Positions 1-15,232 are shown, numbered from the stretch's first letter. The stretch: 64,000 bases of DNA from Chrysomallon squamiferum (GCA_012295275.1 CM022679.1:9672001-9736000); one strand, 5' to 3'. Numbers and translations are program-made. Notes: generated by a model from the sequence alone, not told the origin.

Positions 1-71
1 GAATATTGAAAACAGTTCACTTAAACTTAACACTGCAAAAAGGATAATACTCTATATATTTATATATCTGT

Positions 72-73
<2 letters not shown>

Positions 74-157
<84 letters not shown>

Positions 158-223
158 TAAATGTATATTTTAGAAACATAGTACATTTGGAAATTTTATT
201 TTATAAATTTTTATAACAGTATA

Positions 224-260
<37 letters not shown>

Positions 261-500
261 TTTAAATGTATATTTTAAAAAACATAGTACATTAGGAAAC
301 TTTATTTTATATATAAATGTAAATTCTAAAGACATAATACATTCAGAAATCTCTTTTACACTTAAATATATTTAAAAAATATAACATGTTTGAAATATTT
401 ATTTCACATTTAAAGCTATATTATAAAACTGTGGCACATTTGAAAATTTATTTTATATTTAAATGTATAATCTTAAAAAATATGTTATATTTTAAATTTA
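74..500. repeat. (GT)n(AT)n microsatellite within a locally duplicated, degenerate AT-rich tandem unit
   Basis: (gt)n(at)n-taaatgtatatttta..aacatagtacatt.g.aa.tttatttt occurs twice, followed by decayed copies. Confidence 0.75.
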
Positions 501-935
501 AAAAAAAAATAATAATTATTTACAATATTACCGTATATAAACAAACACAGATGGTTAAATTCATATTTAATGATGTAGCTATATCACACTAAATAAAATC
601 TAAATGAATGAAATATAAATTTTGTTCACGTTCAGGTCATATTAAAACAAAATACGAATGAAACACAAATACATTATATGATTACCCCAAGTTCATAAAA
701 AAAACAAACCCCAAAAAAAAAAAAAAAAAAACCCAAACCGAAAAAAAAAAAAACACAACCCCAAAACCCCCCAAAAACAATAAAAACGTAAAACAAATAA
801 ACAAAACAACAACTGACAACAACAACAAATAAATAAATAAATAAATAAATAAATCCCAAACCAAAACAACCAACCACTGAAGATGGGAATAATTCAAAAC
901 AAACAAACAAACAAACAAACAAACAAACAAACAAA

Positions 936-978
<43 letters not shown>

Positions 979-1078
979 AAAAAATATATTATACAAACAT
1001 ATGAAGACAAGTAAAATATAATTCAGAGATGATAAAATTTACACCAGTGTAACGCTTGTATTCTTAAAACTAAAACTC

Positions 1079-1119
<41 letters not shown>

Positions 1120-1352
1120 CAGTTGTTACAGTAATAATAGTAAGAGGATTAGTATTAATACTAACAGTAGTACAAGGAGTAGCAGTGGTAGAAGTAGAAG
1201 TAGTAATAGAAGTAGTAGTAGAAGTAATCGCAGTAGCTTAATAGTAAATTATAAATAAACATAATAAGTTTCCAACAAATTTTATTTCATTTTTAATTTG
1301 CTTTAAAATGTTTCTATTCTTTCTTTTTTAAAGCTTTTTTCTTCAAGGTTTT

Positions 1353-1407
<55 letters not shown>

Positions 1408-2247
1408 TTAATCTTGTTCTTTTTTTTTCCCCTGTTTAGAATTATTATTTTTATTAATTATTTATTAGTTTATCATTTAATTTTATTTTGTTAGTTATCA
1501 TTTTATTTTATTTTTTTATTATTTTTTTATTTTTAATTCTGTAAAACATTTACAGACACACAAATTCTTCTTACTTGTAGGAAATTCTACACGTTTAACA
1601 TCTGTAATTTAATCGCGCAGAAACGAAGTGAATTTGTAATGCATCGGGAATGTAAAATAAATACTGTACTTACAAAAACACGCAGAAAATTGTTTACACA
1701 GCTTGAGTCTCTACGGATGAGCAAAGATGCCACAGTACACTCTTTACTAATATCATTTAATCGGCGGAAAATTATTGTTTTGAAAATCCACGAATATCTT
1801 TAGGCAAAACACATATATGAATACACACACGTACACACTTATTATATACATTGTAAATATTTATACATATACACATATACACACACATATATATACATAG
1901 TCACATATACATAATATATATATATATATATATATTTATTTATTTACACACACACACACACGCGCACACACAGGAATAACTACACAGACATAACGAATGT
2001 GAATGCATGGACATATATATATATAGTGAGTGTCACATTCGTTTATGCAAAAACAACATCAACAACAACATCCACCAAAAAACCCACACATTTTTTATTA
2101 CATGTTAAAAAAAAACTTATTTACGTTAGAGACGTTAGCATTTAAAGATAAAACGTTTTGAAGTGTAATAAATTAATACTCTAAAGGTTGTCAAGGAGAT
2201 GATAAATTTTAAAATATTATATTTGTAATTTATTATAAGTACAGTGG

Positions 2248-2280
<33 letters not shown>

Positions 2281-2361
2281 AAGGAAAAAAAACACATTTC
2301 TCAAAAATATGTTGAATAAGGAAACAAAAACAAAATTTCCGTGGGTTTTATTTTATTTTAT

Positions 2362-2413
<52 letters not shown>

Positions 2414-3376
2414 CTTTTCTTTTCAGTTTTTTTTCTTTCTTTAATTTTCTATTTAAAAATTAAAAAACAAATATTACAGAAAATTTAATTACAAAATATT
2501 CTTATGTTAGTGTTTTAAACGAACACACGTTCCCTTGCTTTAAATGCGTAATGCAATGGCCGACAATTTCTAACACAATTAGTTACAAACCAGAAACCTC
2601 CCTTCAGATAACGAAAAAAAAAAAAAAAAAAATAATAATAAAAAAAAAAAAAAAAATAAATAAATATGTCAAAAATCTCCCCGTACGCATGCACCCGTAC
2701 ACATCAGAAATATTATTTGACAGGGAACAATAAAAGATGCATTAATTCGGACGTAGCACGCAAGCAACTTGCGTAATAAAAAGATCTGTTCAACTTCACA
2801 GTAAATATTAATGACGTGAATGGGTTTCGGTACACGCACATACGCCACGCAAGGTTACGCCCAAGTCGATCAAGGAAATTAAAAAAGTCTACACTGCCAC
2901 TGATAAGTTGGCCGGGTTGAAAATTACTTTCATTTTGTCAAATGTCAGAGCTTTCGCCGGAACGGCTAATATTTCATATATGAAATATGTCGTTTTAAAT
3001 TGCAAATGGAATTGGCCTTGGGTAAAAAAGATTTTTTGTGTTTGAAAAATGAGTGTCTGTGTTGCGTGTATGTTTTGTGGTTACGTGAGTAATATTTTAT
3101 GATAATTAAAACAATGACGACGACAATGACGACAACAACAACAACAACAATAATAACTATAATAATAATAATAATAGCTATAAAACATTTAGTAACACAG
3201 GCTGATAGTGGAAACAGGTAATTCTCTTGTTATTGGAATTTTTTTTTTTTTTATATCTCAGCCAACATTTCTTTCATTATTTATTTCCTGGAGAGTAATT
3301 TCCATTTTCTTATCAATTTTCGATAAAATCTTTATTATATATATATATATGTGTGTGTGTGGGTGTAGATGTGTAG

Positions 3377-3436
<60 letters not shown>

Positions 3437-3736
3437 AACAAACTATAACCACAATAATAAAAAAATTATCAAAAATCTAAATGAAATATATATTAAAAGA
3501 GAGTAAGTCACACACAGTGAGAGAGAGAGAGAGAGAGAGATAGTTCGTCAGTTACTAAAAATAACCTAACCCCCCCCCATGCACTCTGACCCGATACTCT
3601 GGAAAAGTTTCAACCACAAGAAAATGTGTCCTCATTTTTTATTTATACATGACGTAATTTAAAAAATGCACTGAACACACATGCACATTGTGGTTACACT
3701 GCGCGTGCATTTGAAGCGACTATGGCTATAATAAAA

Positions 3737-3746
3737 GGGGCGGAGC
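3737..3746 (+). promoter_or_regulatory. Sp/KLF GC box in a CpG-containing intronic island (about 3640-3845)
   Basis: GGGGCGGAGC matches the GC-box consensus in otherwise very AT-rich DNA. Confidence 0.4.
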
Positions 3747-4116
3747 TTGTGTAAATAAGTGACAGCACGCAAATGTCACGGCGTACGTTGGGTGTAAGCG
3801 CAATATTTTAAGTCAGTGTAGATGATAGACATGAGCGTACTAAGCAAAAAAAAAAAAAAAAAAAAAAAAAAATTTAAAAATTAAATTTAAAAAATACAGA
3901 ATGTGAATACACAATTTCAGTGATAAAAATAAAATTAATAAAATGTAATTGATTTTATTTTATTTTATTTTATTTTATTTTATTTTATTTTATTTTATTT
4001 TATTTTGTTATTTTATTATTTTATTTTAATTTTATTTTATTTTATTTTATTTTATTTTATTTTAATTAATTTATTTATTTATTTATTATTATTATTAAAT
4101 CATTTATTCATTTATT

Positions 4117-4157
<41 letters not shown>

Positions 4158-4239
4158 ATCAGTTACGGTATAAAAATGAATCTAAGAAGCTGTTGACTTA
4201 CAGAAGATAACACATTTCTTCTTCTTCTTTTTTTAAAAA

Positions 4240-4289
<50 letters not shown>

Positions 4290-4775
4290 TACTTCTGATA
4301 TTATGACAAATGAAATTAATGTAAATATTTACCGTTATTTTACCTTCCTATCTCCGTAAAATTAAGCACAGGATTTGATTACGCAATATAAAAATAAAAC
4401 CCAGAAAAACAAATTTCCACTGAAACTAACTTAAATACTCATAAAGATACTAAACAAATTTAAAATCAGTGATTATAAAACCAACTTCCCCATGAGAACA
4501 AATAAACAAATTGATGCTCTATATTAGGAGAGAAAAAAATCCAGAGAAAGCTGATATGAAAAAAAAAAACTTTTGCGATTATAAAATATTTTTCCTATGT
4601 CAAGTACGCTATACGAATTAAGTATTTATCAGTTATATCTGAAACAACTCATAAATCTATTAGATTTGCATAGAAATTTTTTTTTTTCATGTAGATAAAC
4701 ATTAATCTAGCAGAATTAGTTTTAAAAAAAATAAGATGTCAGTATTTTTTCTTCTTAATCTATTTATTTATATAT

Positions 4776-4826
<51 letters not shown>

Positions 4827-5591
4827 TTTGCTCAAAATTGTATTTTGTGGTTACAACATGTTGGCGTAATAAGTAAAAAAATTAAATTTTAATCTAAAAT
4901 GTTATCGATTATGGTTGAAAACATTTGTTAATTATATAAATTTTCTAGACATCAGAAATAAAGACAATAACTTACAACATAAAAAAAAAAAAAATAACTT
5001 AAAATTAAATCTGTGACAGCATTCACGTCAAAATCTATGTAGATGTGTGTGTTCAAGTGTGTATATATATATATGTGTGTGTCCGTGTCGGTTTATTAAT
5101 ATATTTGTGCATATCATTGTAAGTATGTGTGTGTGTGAGTGTACGTCTGTATGTATGTACATGTAAATGCGCGCATGTGTGGATATTTAAGATAATAACA
5201 ACACTGTGTTATAAACACTGCTATTGCCAAAGTACATAACATATCATTCAAGAATATTTTATATGATATTCAGCTGTATTATTATTATTATTATTATTGC
5301 TGTTGTTATTGTTGTTGATGATGATGATGATTATGGCGACCTTTTTTTTTTAAATACTGTTCTCTATACAACATATTATTAATAATAAATCTTGCATTGT
5401 CTCGTATTTGTAAGACCACGCTATTTATTTATTTATTTGTTTTTTCGGCGGTCACTGAAGCTGGGGGTAAAAATGGAGTAAAAAAATTAATGGCACTGGT
5501 CCTGTTATTGTTCGAACAACAACAACAACAACAACAACAACAGCAACAACAAAATGTATTTTAAAAACGTTTACAACGAAGCTGGACTCAC

Positions 5592-5778
5592 CCGGAGAAT
5601 GAACGGTCAGCGAAGGAGGCATAAACCGACTGGGATAATGACCCAGTGACGTCATCGACGACGGAGTCCCGGGGCGAGATATATCCGACACCCCGGGGCG
5701 TCCGATGGAGGGCGTGTCGCCATAGCTTGAGCCTAGAGCACCCAGAGCCAGTCTGTTTCGTTCGAGAGAGAAATCCAT
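5592..5778 (-). CDS. Probable first coding exon of an unidentified spliced gene; Ser/Pro/Gly-rich N-terminus MDFSLERNRLALGALGSSYGDTPSIGRPGVSDISRPGTPSSMTSLGHYPSRFMPPSLTVHSP(G); whole exon 5874-5592
   Basis: Sharp GC/CpG-rich island bounded by an acceptor (tctttatttcttttcttttttttaaaacttAG|G, exon start 5874) and a donor (CCGG|GTGAGT after 5592, phase 1). An in-frame TGA at 5799-5797 lies upstream of ATG 5778. No convincing next exon in 1-5591. Confidence 0.8.
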
Positions 5779-5804
5779 GCGTCCGTCCGTGCCCTGTCAG
5801 GATG

Positions 5805-5843
5805 CTAGACGCACCTGTCGTCTGCTGATTCTTGGCTTTTCAT
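5805..5843 (-). promoter_or_regulatory. Upstream ORF MKSQESADDRCV* in the 5' leader of the minus-strand gene
   Basis: GCC-ATG-A at 5843, TAG at 5807-5805, ending 26 nt before the main ATG within the same exon. Confidence 0.55.
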
Positions 5844-6359
5844 GGCGGAGAGGAGATTCCGCCGTTCTCTGTACCTAAGTTTTAAAAAAAAGAAAAGAAA
5901 TAAAGACTAAGTTATATATAGAAATATATGCGGTGTAAAAAAGAAACTTAGTAAAAGAAAGGAAATCTTTCTTTTTGCGGACGTTTGCGTAAATATATAT
6001 TGATGAATGGAGAAGCTATTCTCAGCTGTCCAAACCTAATCTTGAAAAGCGAGGCTGATGATGAACCGGTGATATTTTTTATTTTTTATTTTTTTTTCGT
6101 TGTGAATGGCCGTATTTTTTTTACGAATGGGGAGAGGTCCGCCATTGTTACTTGAATATAATCTTCTTTATTTTCTTCTTTTTTTAAAAAATTTGTTTAA
6201 TAATTTTTTTTTTTTTTTTTTTTTTTAAATTCAGACTCTAATGCTGATTTATTTACTTTGACATTTCTACAAGTCCACAGAAAAATATGATAAAACACAA
6301 CTCATGATAATGTCTACAGCTGCTATTGTTATTACTGCTATAACTTATATCGCTATCAT

Positions 6360-6390
<31 letters not shown>

Positions 6391-6799
6391 GCTACTGCTA
6401 CTACTACTGCTATTACTATTACTACAACTACAACCACTGTTAATATTGCTACAATTGCGAAATATTATTGCGTTTACTTCTGCTTCTGCTTTTACTTCTA
6501 CTACTTCTACCACTACAACAACTTTTACTATTACTGCAACTACCATTTTTACTACTACTAGTACTACTACTGCTACTATTTCTTATGCTAATAACAGAAT
6601 TATAATAACAATACTACGTCGTCTACTACGGCTATTATTGATAACTGTTTGTGATTTTGTTAAATACATAAGAAAGTTATTTACACGTCAATGTCCTGTT
6701 TTTGGTGAATATGCAAATATCTGTTTAAATCTGACCCTGGCCTTCTAATACATTATAATCTGACCCTAACACGCGTAGCTGAAATCCCGTTATTAGCTA

Positions 6800-6833
<34 letters not shown>

Positions 6834-6840
6834 ATATCTA

Positions 6841-6872
<32 letters not shown>

Positions 6873-7537
6873 ATTAATAATAGTAAATTTAAAAATAAAA
6901 ATTACAAAAAAAAATAAATAAATAAAATAAAATAAAGTAAAATACATAAATAAATAAAAATAAAATAAAATAAAATAAAATAAATACAATAAAATAAATA
7001 AAAAAATAAAATAAAATAAAATAAAATAAAATAAAATAAAAAAATAAAAAAATAAAAATAAAATTAAAAATAAAATAAAATAAAATAAAATCATTAATTT
7101 AGTTTGCACATTAGATGCTATTTTCTATATATAAAAAAAAGAAAAAAAAAGAAGAATTTACAGGCTTATTTTTTTTTCAGAATAAAATCTTAATGCATGT
7201 GTACATAGGAACACAGGCATCCATCCTACAGCTTGTGTGGTTAGAGGCAAAACTGATGGAGAGTGCGATATCTGCTTCTTAACTGAATTGCATGACTCAC
7301 AGTGATAGAAGTCTAATCTAAATGTGAGAATTCATTTTTGTAGAATTTTGAGTCCATCTACAGAAAATTAGATGAATTCCTTCTACATTAGTAATTTGCC
7401 AAATAGCCGACAGTGGTAATATATATACTTCATTTATCATGTGCACGCATGGTTGCGTCTCACTTAAATGTAACAGCCATTATGCGCTATTCGTTTTCAC
7501 GCATAATGTGGTTCTAAATTATAGAATAATATAAATA

Positions 7538-7860
7538 CATGCACACACACATACATACACACGTACGTACATACCAACATACATACATACAAACATACAT
7601 ACATACATACGTAAATACATACATACATACATACATACAAATATACAATCATAAATACATACATACACACATACATAAAAAATACAAATATACATACACC
7701 TTTTTGATACATACATACCCACGCACCCACATACTCACACTCACGCACACACAGACACATATATCCATACGTACGTACATATATACATACGTACATATAT
7801 ACATACACACATATACACATACATACAGACATACACATAAACACATACGGACAAACACAC
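7538..7860. repeat. Compound (TACA)n/(CA)n microsatellite
   Basis: Seen directly; explains the CVYM/HTYI ORFs. Confidence 0.95.
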
Positions 7861-9142
7861 GTATATTTCTTTATTATTATTATTTTTTTTTTTTTTTTGT
7901 GTTTTGGTTTTTTTTCAGTTGTTTTTTGTGGTGGTTTTTTTTAATTTGAAAATTTCATTACAATCATGTAAAAAAAAAAAAAAAAGAAAGAAAGAAAGAA
8001 AAAAGACGAATATTTTAAAACGACAAAAAAAAAAAAATATATAAATGACAAGTACGCAATATAGCGAGGACCACCAGAGAACAACATTAGTTACTGTACA
8101 GATAATAAAATATCTTTTTTAAAAATTGAAAAGAAAAAAAAAAAAGAATACTATTGTATATTTTTTTTATATATATATTCTTTTTAAATCACTGAGACGA
8201 TCGGAAACAGATACCTCAGTACAGATACGTTATTACAAAAGTGAATTTAAAAATAGTTGTCAATAAAATCAGCTTTTCGCACATTCACATTGGCGACATC
8301 AAAGACCAAAAAGCTTTTTGTATAATATTTTTTTTAAATATATATATATATTTTTATTTTTTTTATTTTTTTTTTTTTTACAATCAAAAGAAATGAACAC
8401 GATTAAGTTACTGAATATTGATACTGACCCACGAACCACGATATAAATACAGACAAATAATACAAGAAGAAGAAACATTGCACCGACTTCATGCCAAGGT
8501 GTTTTTTTTCTGATCGAGTTGTATTCCAGATCAAGTATTGTGCTTACGATTGCATACATGAAACACGCAACATTCAAAAAAGTAACTAAATTAAAATTTA
8601 AAAAGATTAGAAAATTTAAAAATTTAAAAATTAAATTTAAAAAAAAAGAAAAGAAATCTAGACAGCGCATTTAAAATATGAAATGTAATAGTAAATTTTG
8701 AAAAAAAATTAATAATTTGTTTGAAAATCATCACAGAGGATTCACAGTTTGTGCAAGTAAGAACGTGTAAACTAATGTTTAGTTTTTGCAAGAAATATCT
8801 TCTTATTTTGTTCTTCTTCTTGTTTTTTTTATTTTTTATTTATTTATTTATTTTTTTGGTTTCAGCTGAATATTTCCATTAATTCCGTTTACGTTTAGAA
8901 TATCAAAGAGACACTAATCTATTATTAACCATGTTATTACCACTTTAAGTTGAGCATAAATAGTTCTTGATGTTTTTCAGAGCGAGTCTCACATATGTGT
9001 GTGTGTGTGTGTATGTGTGTGTGTGTGTGTGAGGGTATGTATATGTATATATGTGTATATATGTGTATATATGTATATATATATATGTGCGTGTGTGTAT
9101 GTATTTATTTGTATCTACTGTAGTAACAGAACTATATTTACA

Positions 9143-9185
<43 letters not shown>

Positions 9186-10634
9186 CTATATTGCAGTGCA
9201 TATGTCACAATAGTAAATATAGTTCCTTTACAACAGTAGATACAAACTGTATTACAGCAATATATATGGTTACGTTACAACAGTCACATTACATATATAA
9301 ATATTTAATAAAATAATAATAATAATAATAATAAAATAATAATGTTAAAACAAACAATCAAACAAACAAAAAACAACAAGCAAATACACAAACAAACAAA
9401 CAAATAAATTCTGTATTGAGGACATTTATAATTTAACAAACACGCCGACTTTGGTAAACGGTATAAAAATCAACTCACATATTATTACTTATGTTGTATT
9501 ATAAATTCTACTTACACTGTCACATAGTTAACTTAGTATCTCTACTGAAAGAAAAAAAATTGTTTTTGCCTGACACCTATAACAGTTTATATAAAGGATT
9601 TTTTTAAAATGCATTTTCAGTAATTTTATTACTATGCGTGTTAGACTTTTATTTTGAAGTATCCAGGTCTGTATTTTGGGATAATGTGTTTTGTTTATTT
9701 CTATTTGAAAAAATATTTGTTACCTTGTTACTGTATATTTATATATTTATTTATTTTAATATTGTTTATATTATTTATTTATTTTTATTATTATTTTGTA
9801 TTATTCATTTACATACTTGATTATGTCATGCAAATTTATCTAATAATGTGCTGAAAATAGACAGATTTATTTTTAGTTTTGTTATTTTATTATCTTCTGA
9901 AACAGAAAAAAACTATCAAAAAGCAAATTCACTGAAATATGAACAATACATTCGTCTTGTTTTGTTCGCCTTAACATTATTTACTTTAATATTTTATTAG
10001 CATTCTTTAAACATGAAAAATAAAAATCCTCTGCAAGTTTTATGTTTTTTTTGGATATTTATTTCATATTTTCTTTGTTGAGATAAAAACTAATGTTATT
10101 TCCTTCTCTTTGTTTACTTCTCTTTATGTATTTTGTTTGTGTTTTGTTGCTATTGCCGTTGTTGTTATTATTATTATCATTATTTATTTATTTATTGTTA
10201 TTATTATTATTATTAAATTTGTTTTCGTCACTTTTTCTATATAAGATAATAACATAACTGTATTAAAATTAATGAAAAAAAGATGTCTGTTAAGACTAGG
10301 TGTTTTTTTTTCTGGGTTAAATTTACTATGCTTTTAATTCATCAATGACACACAAACTGTGCCAATATTAAGCCGGAGATTATCAAGTAAACGAAATGCG
10401 TTCGTTGTCAGCTGGTTTTAATTATAAACAAGCAAATAAATACGCTTTGATACAATAACAACAATGTGACAGTACCATAAGTGAAGCTTTTTTTTACATC
10501 TGATGACATTTTTCAAATATAGAATTTTACATACAAAGTATAGTATTTTAAATTTAAATTATATAATTTTAAGAAAAAACGTAACGTAATGATAATTCTG
10601 ACTAGAAAAATACATTATTTTAATAATAATACGC

Positions 10635-10703
<69 letters not shown>

Positions 10704-11279
10704 GATTGATGATTGTTGTTTACTTCTTATTAACAATATTTAAAATGTTGTTTTTTTAATGTTGTAACGGTTCCACAATTCAATTACTTTCTGCCTTTTA
10801 CCGGGATTAATTTTCAGAATGGTCTTAAAAATATGTTTCTATTATTGCATAATACATTTTAAACTAACACTACATATATAAATAATAATATTTAAATATT
10901 AATTACGTTGATGCACTCAAGATTAATTTACACGTTAAATGAAAAAGCTTAGTAATTATTTATTTTCAAATCTATGATTATTTTATTTAAAAACTGTATT
11001 CCTGTTTTCTTTTTATCGACTACCTATTTGGCAAGAAGCCAATATTTTACTGTTATTAAATAATTTAGTACATAGCAGTCCATATTTTGCTTTTCAGTAT
11101 CTTAAATAAACAAATAAGAAGACTTTGTTGTCGATTCAAGTTATTATTAAAAATTCATTAATTTATTCCCAAATAGCGTTTTCCTTATTATTATTATTAT
11201 TATTATTATTAATCACAATAAAACCTCTATCTTCAACACAGAAATGAAAACACCATAACAGAACGGAGAATGTAACTGT

Positions 11280-11840
11280 GTTACCTCAATAAATTAGGTT
11301 ACGTTACGTTAGTAAATATCATTCTGTTACAACAATAGATGTTACTACCTTAGAACAATATATATATAGTGACGTTACAACGCTAATTATAACTGTTACA
11401 ACAAAATAATTATGTAGTTACGTTATAACGGTAAATATAACTGGGTTATAGCAAAATACTCAGTTACGTTACAACTGTAAGTATTAGACAACATATATAT
11501 AGTTACGTTACAACGCTAAACATAACTATATTACAACAAGATATATAGTTACGTTACCACGGTAAATATAACTATATTACTTACAACAAGACATGCAGTT
11601 ACGTTACAACGGTAAATATAACTGCATTACAGCAATAAATTAGATTACGTTACGATAGTAAATGTATATTACAACAATCGCAGTTCCGTTACAAGAGTAA
11701 ATGTAATCATATGTACGCGAAAGCTGTAAATATTACGTTACAACAATAACTGTAGCAACACATTTATCTACGTAATTAATCATAACAGCAATTATGAAAA
11801 AAAATATATATAATTACAACCACTGTAAATATAACTGAAA
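11280..11840. repeat. Minisatellite, about 46-bp unit (agttacgttacaacggtaaatataactatattacaacaagatatat), about 12 degenerate copies
   Basis: Core recurs at 11416, 11462, 11501, 11547, 11597 and 11642. Confidence 0.9.
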
Positions 11841-12569
11841 ACCATGCCTCTTTCACAATAACAAATAATTTCTTGAAAAATTTGTGTTTTAATTTATTCT
11901 TTTTTATTAATTAAAATTAAAAAAAAAAAAAAAATTAAATTTTTTTTTAAGAAATTGGATAAAACGGCCAAGGAATAAGTCTAGTGCCTAAATAATTACA
12001 TCTGGCCTCGTTCATACAAATTACAATTACGTAAGAGGTCATGATAAGCAAATTAACACGCGAGTCGCTAGCACGGTCTAAACAATGAAATAAGTCACAC
12101 CTCGCTTTGAAGTGTCTATAAATATCGAAGGGAGCAGTTTTATTGCCATTGAAAGCCATTTTGATTAGGTTACGATCTTAAAGATGCTCTATTAAGTATG
12201 TACTTATTTGGCAATCAATAACGTAAGTGACGTTTCGGTTGTCCTGGTTTTTTTTTTTTTTTTTTTTTTTGGTTGTTTTTTAAATGTAAATATAGTAACA
12301 ATATTAACAATAGAACTACTACTATTAGTAATATTGGTAATGATGGTAACAACAACAACAACAACAACAACAACAAAAATAGTAGTGGTAGTAGTAATAA
12401 TGTTGGTGACAGTGATGACGATGATGATGGTGATTATAATAACAATGTGAATATGTTTTTCCCCAGTTTACTTAATTATAATGAAAACCTTAACAAAACC
12501 TTAACAACAACAATCGCAGCAGTAGTAGTAATAATAGTATGAAGAAGAATATGGCAACAGCATTGTCAA

Positions 12570-12629
<60 letters not shown>

Positions 12630-14739
12630 AAGAAGAAGAAGAAGAAGAATATTGTATCAACATTATGAAAACAACAAAAGACATAAAATGATTATAAATT
12701 ACTAGATCTAACATTTTTGATAAATAACGGATTTTATTTTTTATTATTATTTTCTTTTTCTTTCTTTTTTTAAAGAAAATTATCAACTTTGAAGAAAAAA
12801 TGTCAATATTAACTTGCTATTTTCAGCTTTAACAGTTTCATTATCTTGAAGTAAAGGCATAAGTGATAACTTTAAATAATTTATTTTGCTAAAACATTGT
12901 TTTAAAATGAGTATTCTCCCTTTTCGTAACTCTTTAATGTGTTTAAAGAATACAAATTTACCATCTGCTGTAGATTGATTTTTCAAATAAAATATTTTCT
13001 AAGGCAAAAGCATACTTTTGGTAGACGTAGAAAATATCTGCACATAATAACATCAAATTTCGGCACACTAAAGATAATTTATATTTGTATGCAAATTACC
13101 TATTTCTGTGTAAATCATATATCTGTATGAATGGGATGGAGCACGTGCATTTAAGAGCGTGCGCGAGATTATACCATTATTTTCATCATCATCATCATTA
13201 GTATTGTTGTTGTTGTATTGTGAGTGTAATAGGAATACTTCACTAATTTAAATCAGATGAAAAATGATTATTATCATTATTTCTTTTTAACAAAAATCCT
13301 TTTTTTCTTTTTTTTTTTGAGAAGAATAATATTTAAAAAAAATCGCAAAGACAAATACAAATCAATTATTTAAAGATAAAATATTAAAGAAATATTAAAA
13401 ATAAAAAGATGATAAATTATAACAGTAATAAATAAAAAGGTAAAAAAACGAAAAATAAAAAATGTATATAAATATTTAAAAAAAATAATTAAATTAAAAA
13501 AGGAAAAAAGAATAATAATAATAATAATAATAATAAGAAGAAAAAAAAAAAAAAAAAACGAAAAAAAAAAATATATAAATAATAAAAATAATAAAATATA
13601 AAAAAAATATAAAGAAATAATAAAAGAATTGCGGTCTCTAAACATCGGCTTTATTACTAGTCCGGATTATTTTATTTCATTTTATTTTTTTATTATTATT
13701 GTGCTGCCTACTTTCGCTTATTGATCAGTGCGCCAAGTGATGGTATATAATTGAATTTCGAATGCCTCTTCAAAAACGCTGCTCTCAACTCAATTAGTTA
13801 CTTGTCAATGTAATCCAAAAATTTGCCATTTTGTTTCTCACATGAAGCATATCTGAGCTGGCCCACGTGGAAGTGAAAAGTGTAACTGGCTGATCTAGTA
13901 GAAATTAAAATTTGTGTGAAACGGTTATTTTCCGGTATATTTTCATTGGTTCGAAGGGAAAGTGTTACATCCTGTCCGTTCAGCAGCAGCAGCAACAACA
14001 ACAACAACAACAAACAAAAAAAAAATAAAACAAAAAAAATAAAAAAAAAAATAATAATGATAAATAAATAAAAATAAATTAATAAAAAAATAAATTAATA
14101 AAAAAATATATATATATATATAAATGCACACTTACAAAGAATATTTCTATATACATGTGTATTTATAAATAAAACACAAAAATATATATGCACACTTACA
14201 AATAGTATACACATAAAACAGTATGCTTGTATACTTACAAACAGTACACACACAAATATATATATATACATTCTTACAAATAATACCATATGCTTAATAA
14301 CTTACCACATAATACATCCAAATATGTTTATATTCTAAGAGATTATACACATACAAATAAAATGTATTTATACATTTAAAAATAATAGACTCATTAATAT
14401 ATTTGCATGCAGGTATACACGCACACACGCATTCACACATCTACAGAAAATAAAGAGAGATTTAGTAATATATTTGTTTTTGTTTAATACTTCTTTATTT
14501 ATTTTATTTTTTTTAAATTTATTTTATTTTATTTTATTTTATTCACTTTTTTTTTGGTGTATGTTTTTAAAAATTATTTTTTTAAAGTAAGAAACAATTA
14601 ACTTTTCATTACTTCACTCGAAAAAAAAAAACAAAAAAACCCCAACACCTTCATGTAAATAAATACATTTTGAAATCTTCAAGGCAAACCACGTTTAAAA
14701 ATAAATTTCTGTTATGAACATTCCTTCTTTCTTTTTCTT

Positions 14740-14800
<61 letters not shown>

Positions 14801-15189
14801 ATAATAAAAAAATGCCCTCCATTGAACTCGCAACTATTTTACATACGCACGGACGCACTGCAGTAAATGAAGGTGTCAGAAAATATTAGGGGAAAACATT
14901 CAGGACAGGTGTTAAACAGAAGGGGTCGGTTTTCACAGTATCCGCTTTCCTCCCTTGGCCGTGTTGATAAAAAACACATTTTGTTTGCTTACAACACAAA
15001 ACACAGAAAACAAAGTTTTTCCAACTCTCCTAAACCGACCTACTCAGCGATGTGCAGTTTTATCGTATCCTAATGTTGTATAACATTTTCAGTTCGTTTA
15101 AAATTTAATATTTTTAATATTTTATTTATTAATTTATTTATTTATTTGAAGTATAATTTTATATTATTTTAATTTTTATAATTGTTTTA

Positions 15190-15232
<43 letters not shown>

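Noticed and set aside
1675-1711. Possible next minus-strand exon (ccgtAG...GTAAGT)
   Set aside because: A phase-1 join gives ETQAV* immediately.
5452-5591. C-terminal part of the 108-aa minus-strand ORF (poly-Val)
   Set aside because: It lies past the GTGAGT donor and is intronic (GTT)n.
5592-5635. SRFMPPSLTVHSPG loosely recalls the RUNX N-terminal SRRFTPPSTALSPG
   Set aside because: Short, low-complexity match with no Runt domain in the window, so no gene name is assigned.
5646-5828. Plus-strand 60-aa ORF
   Set aside because: Antisense shadow of the GC-rich exon; the splice signals point to the minus strand.
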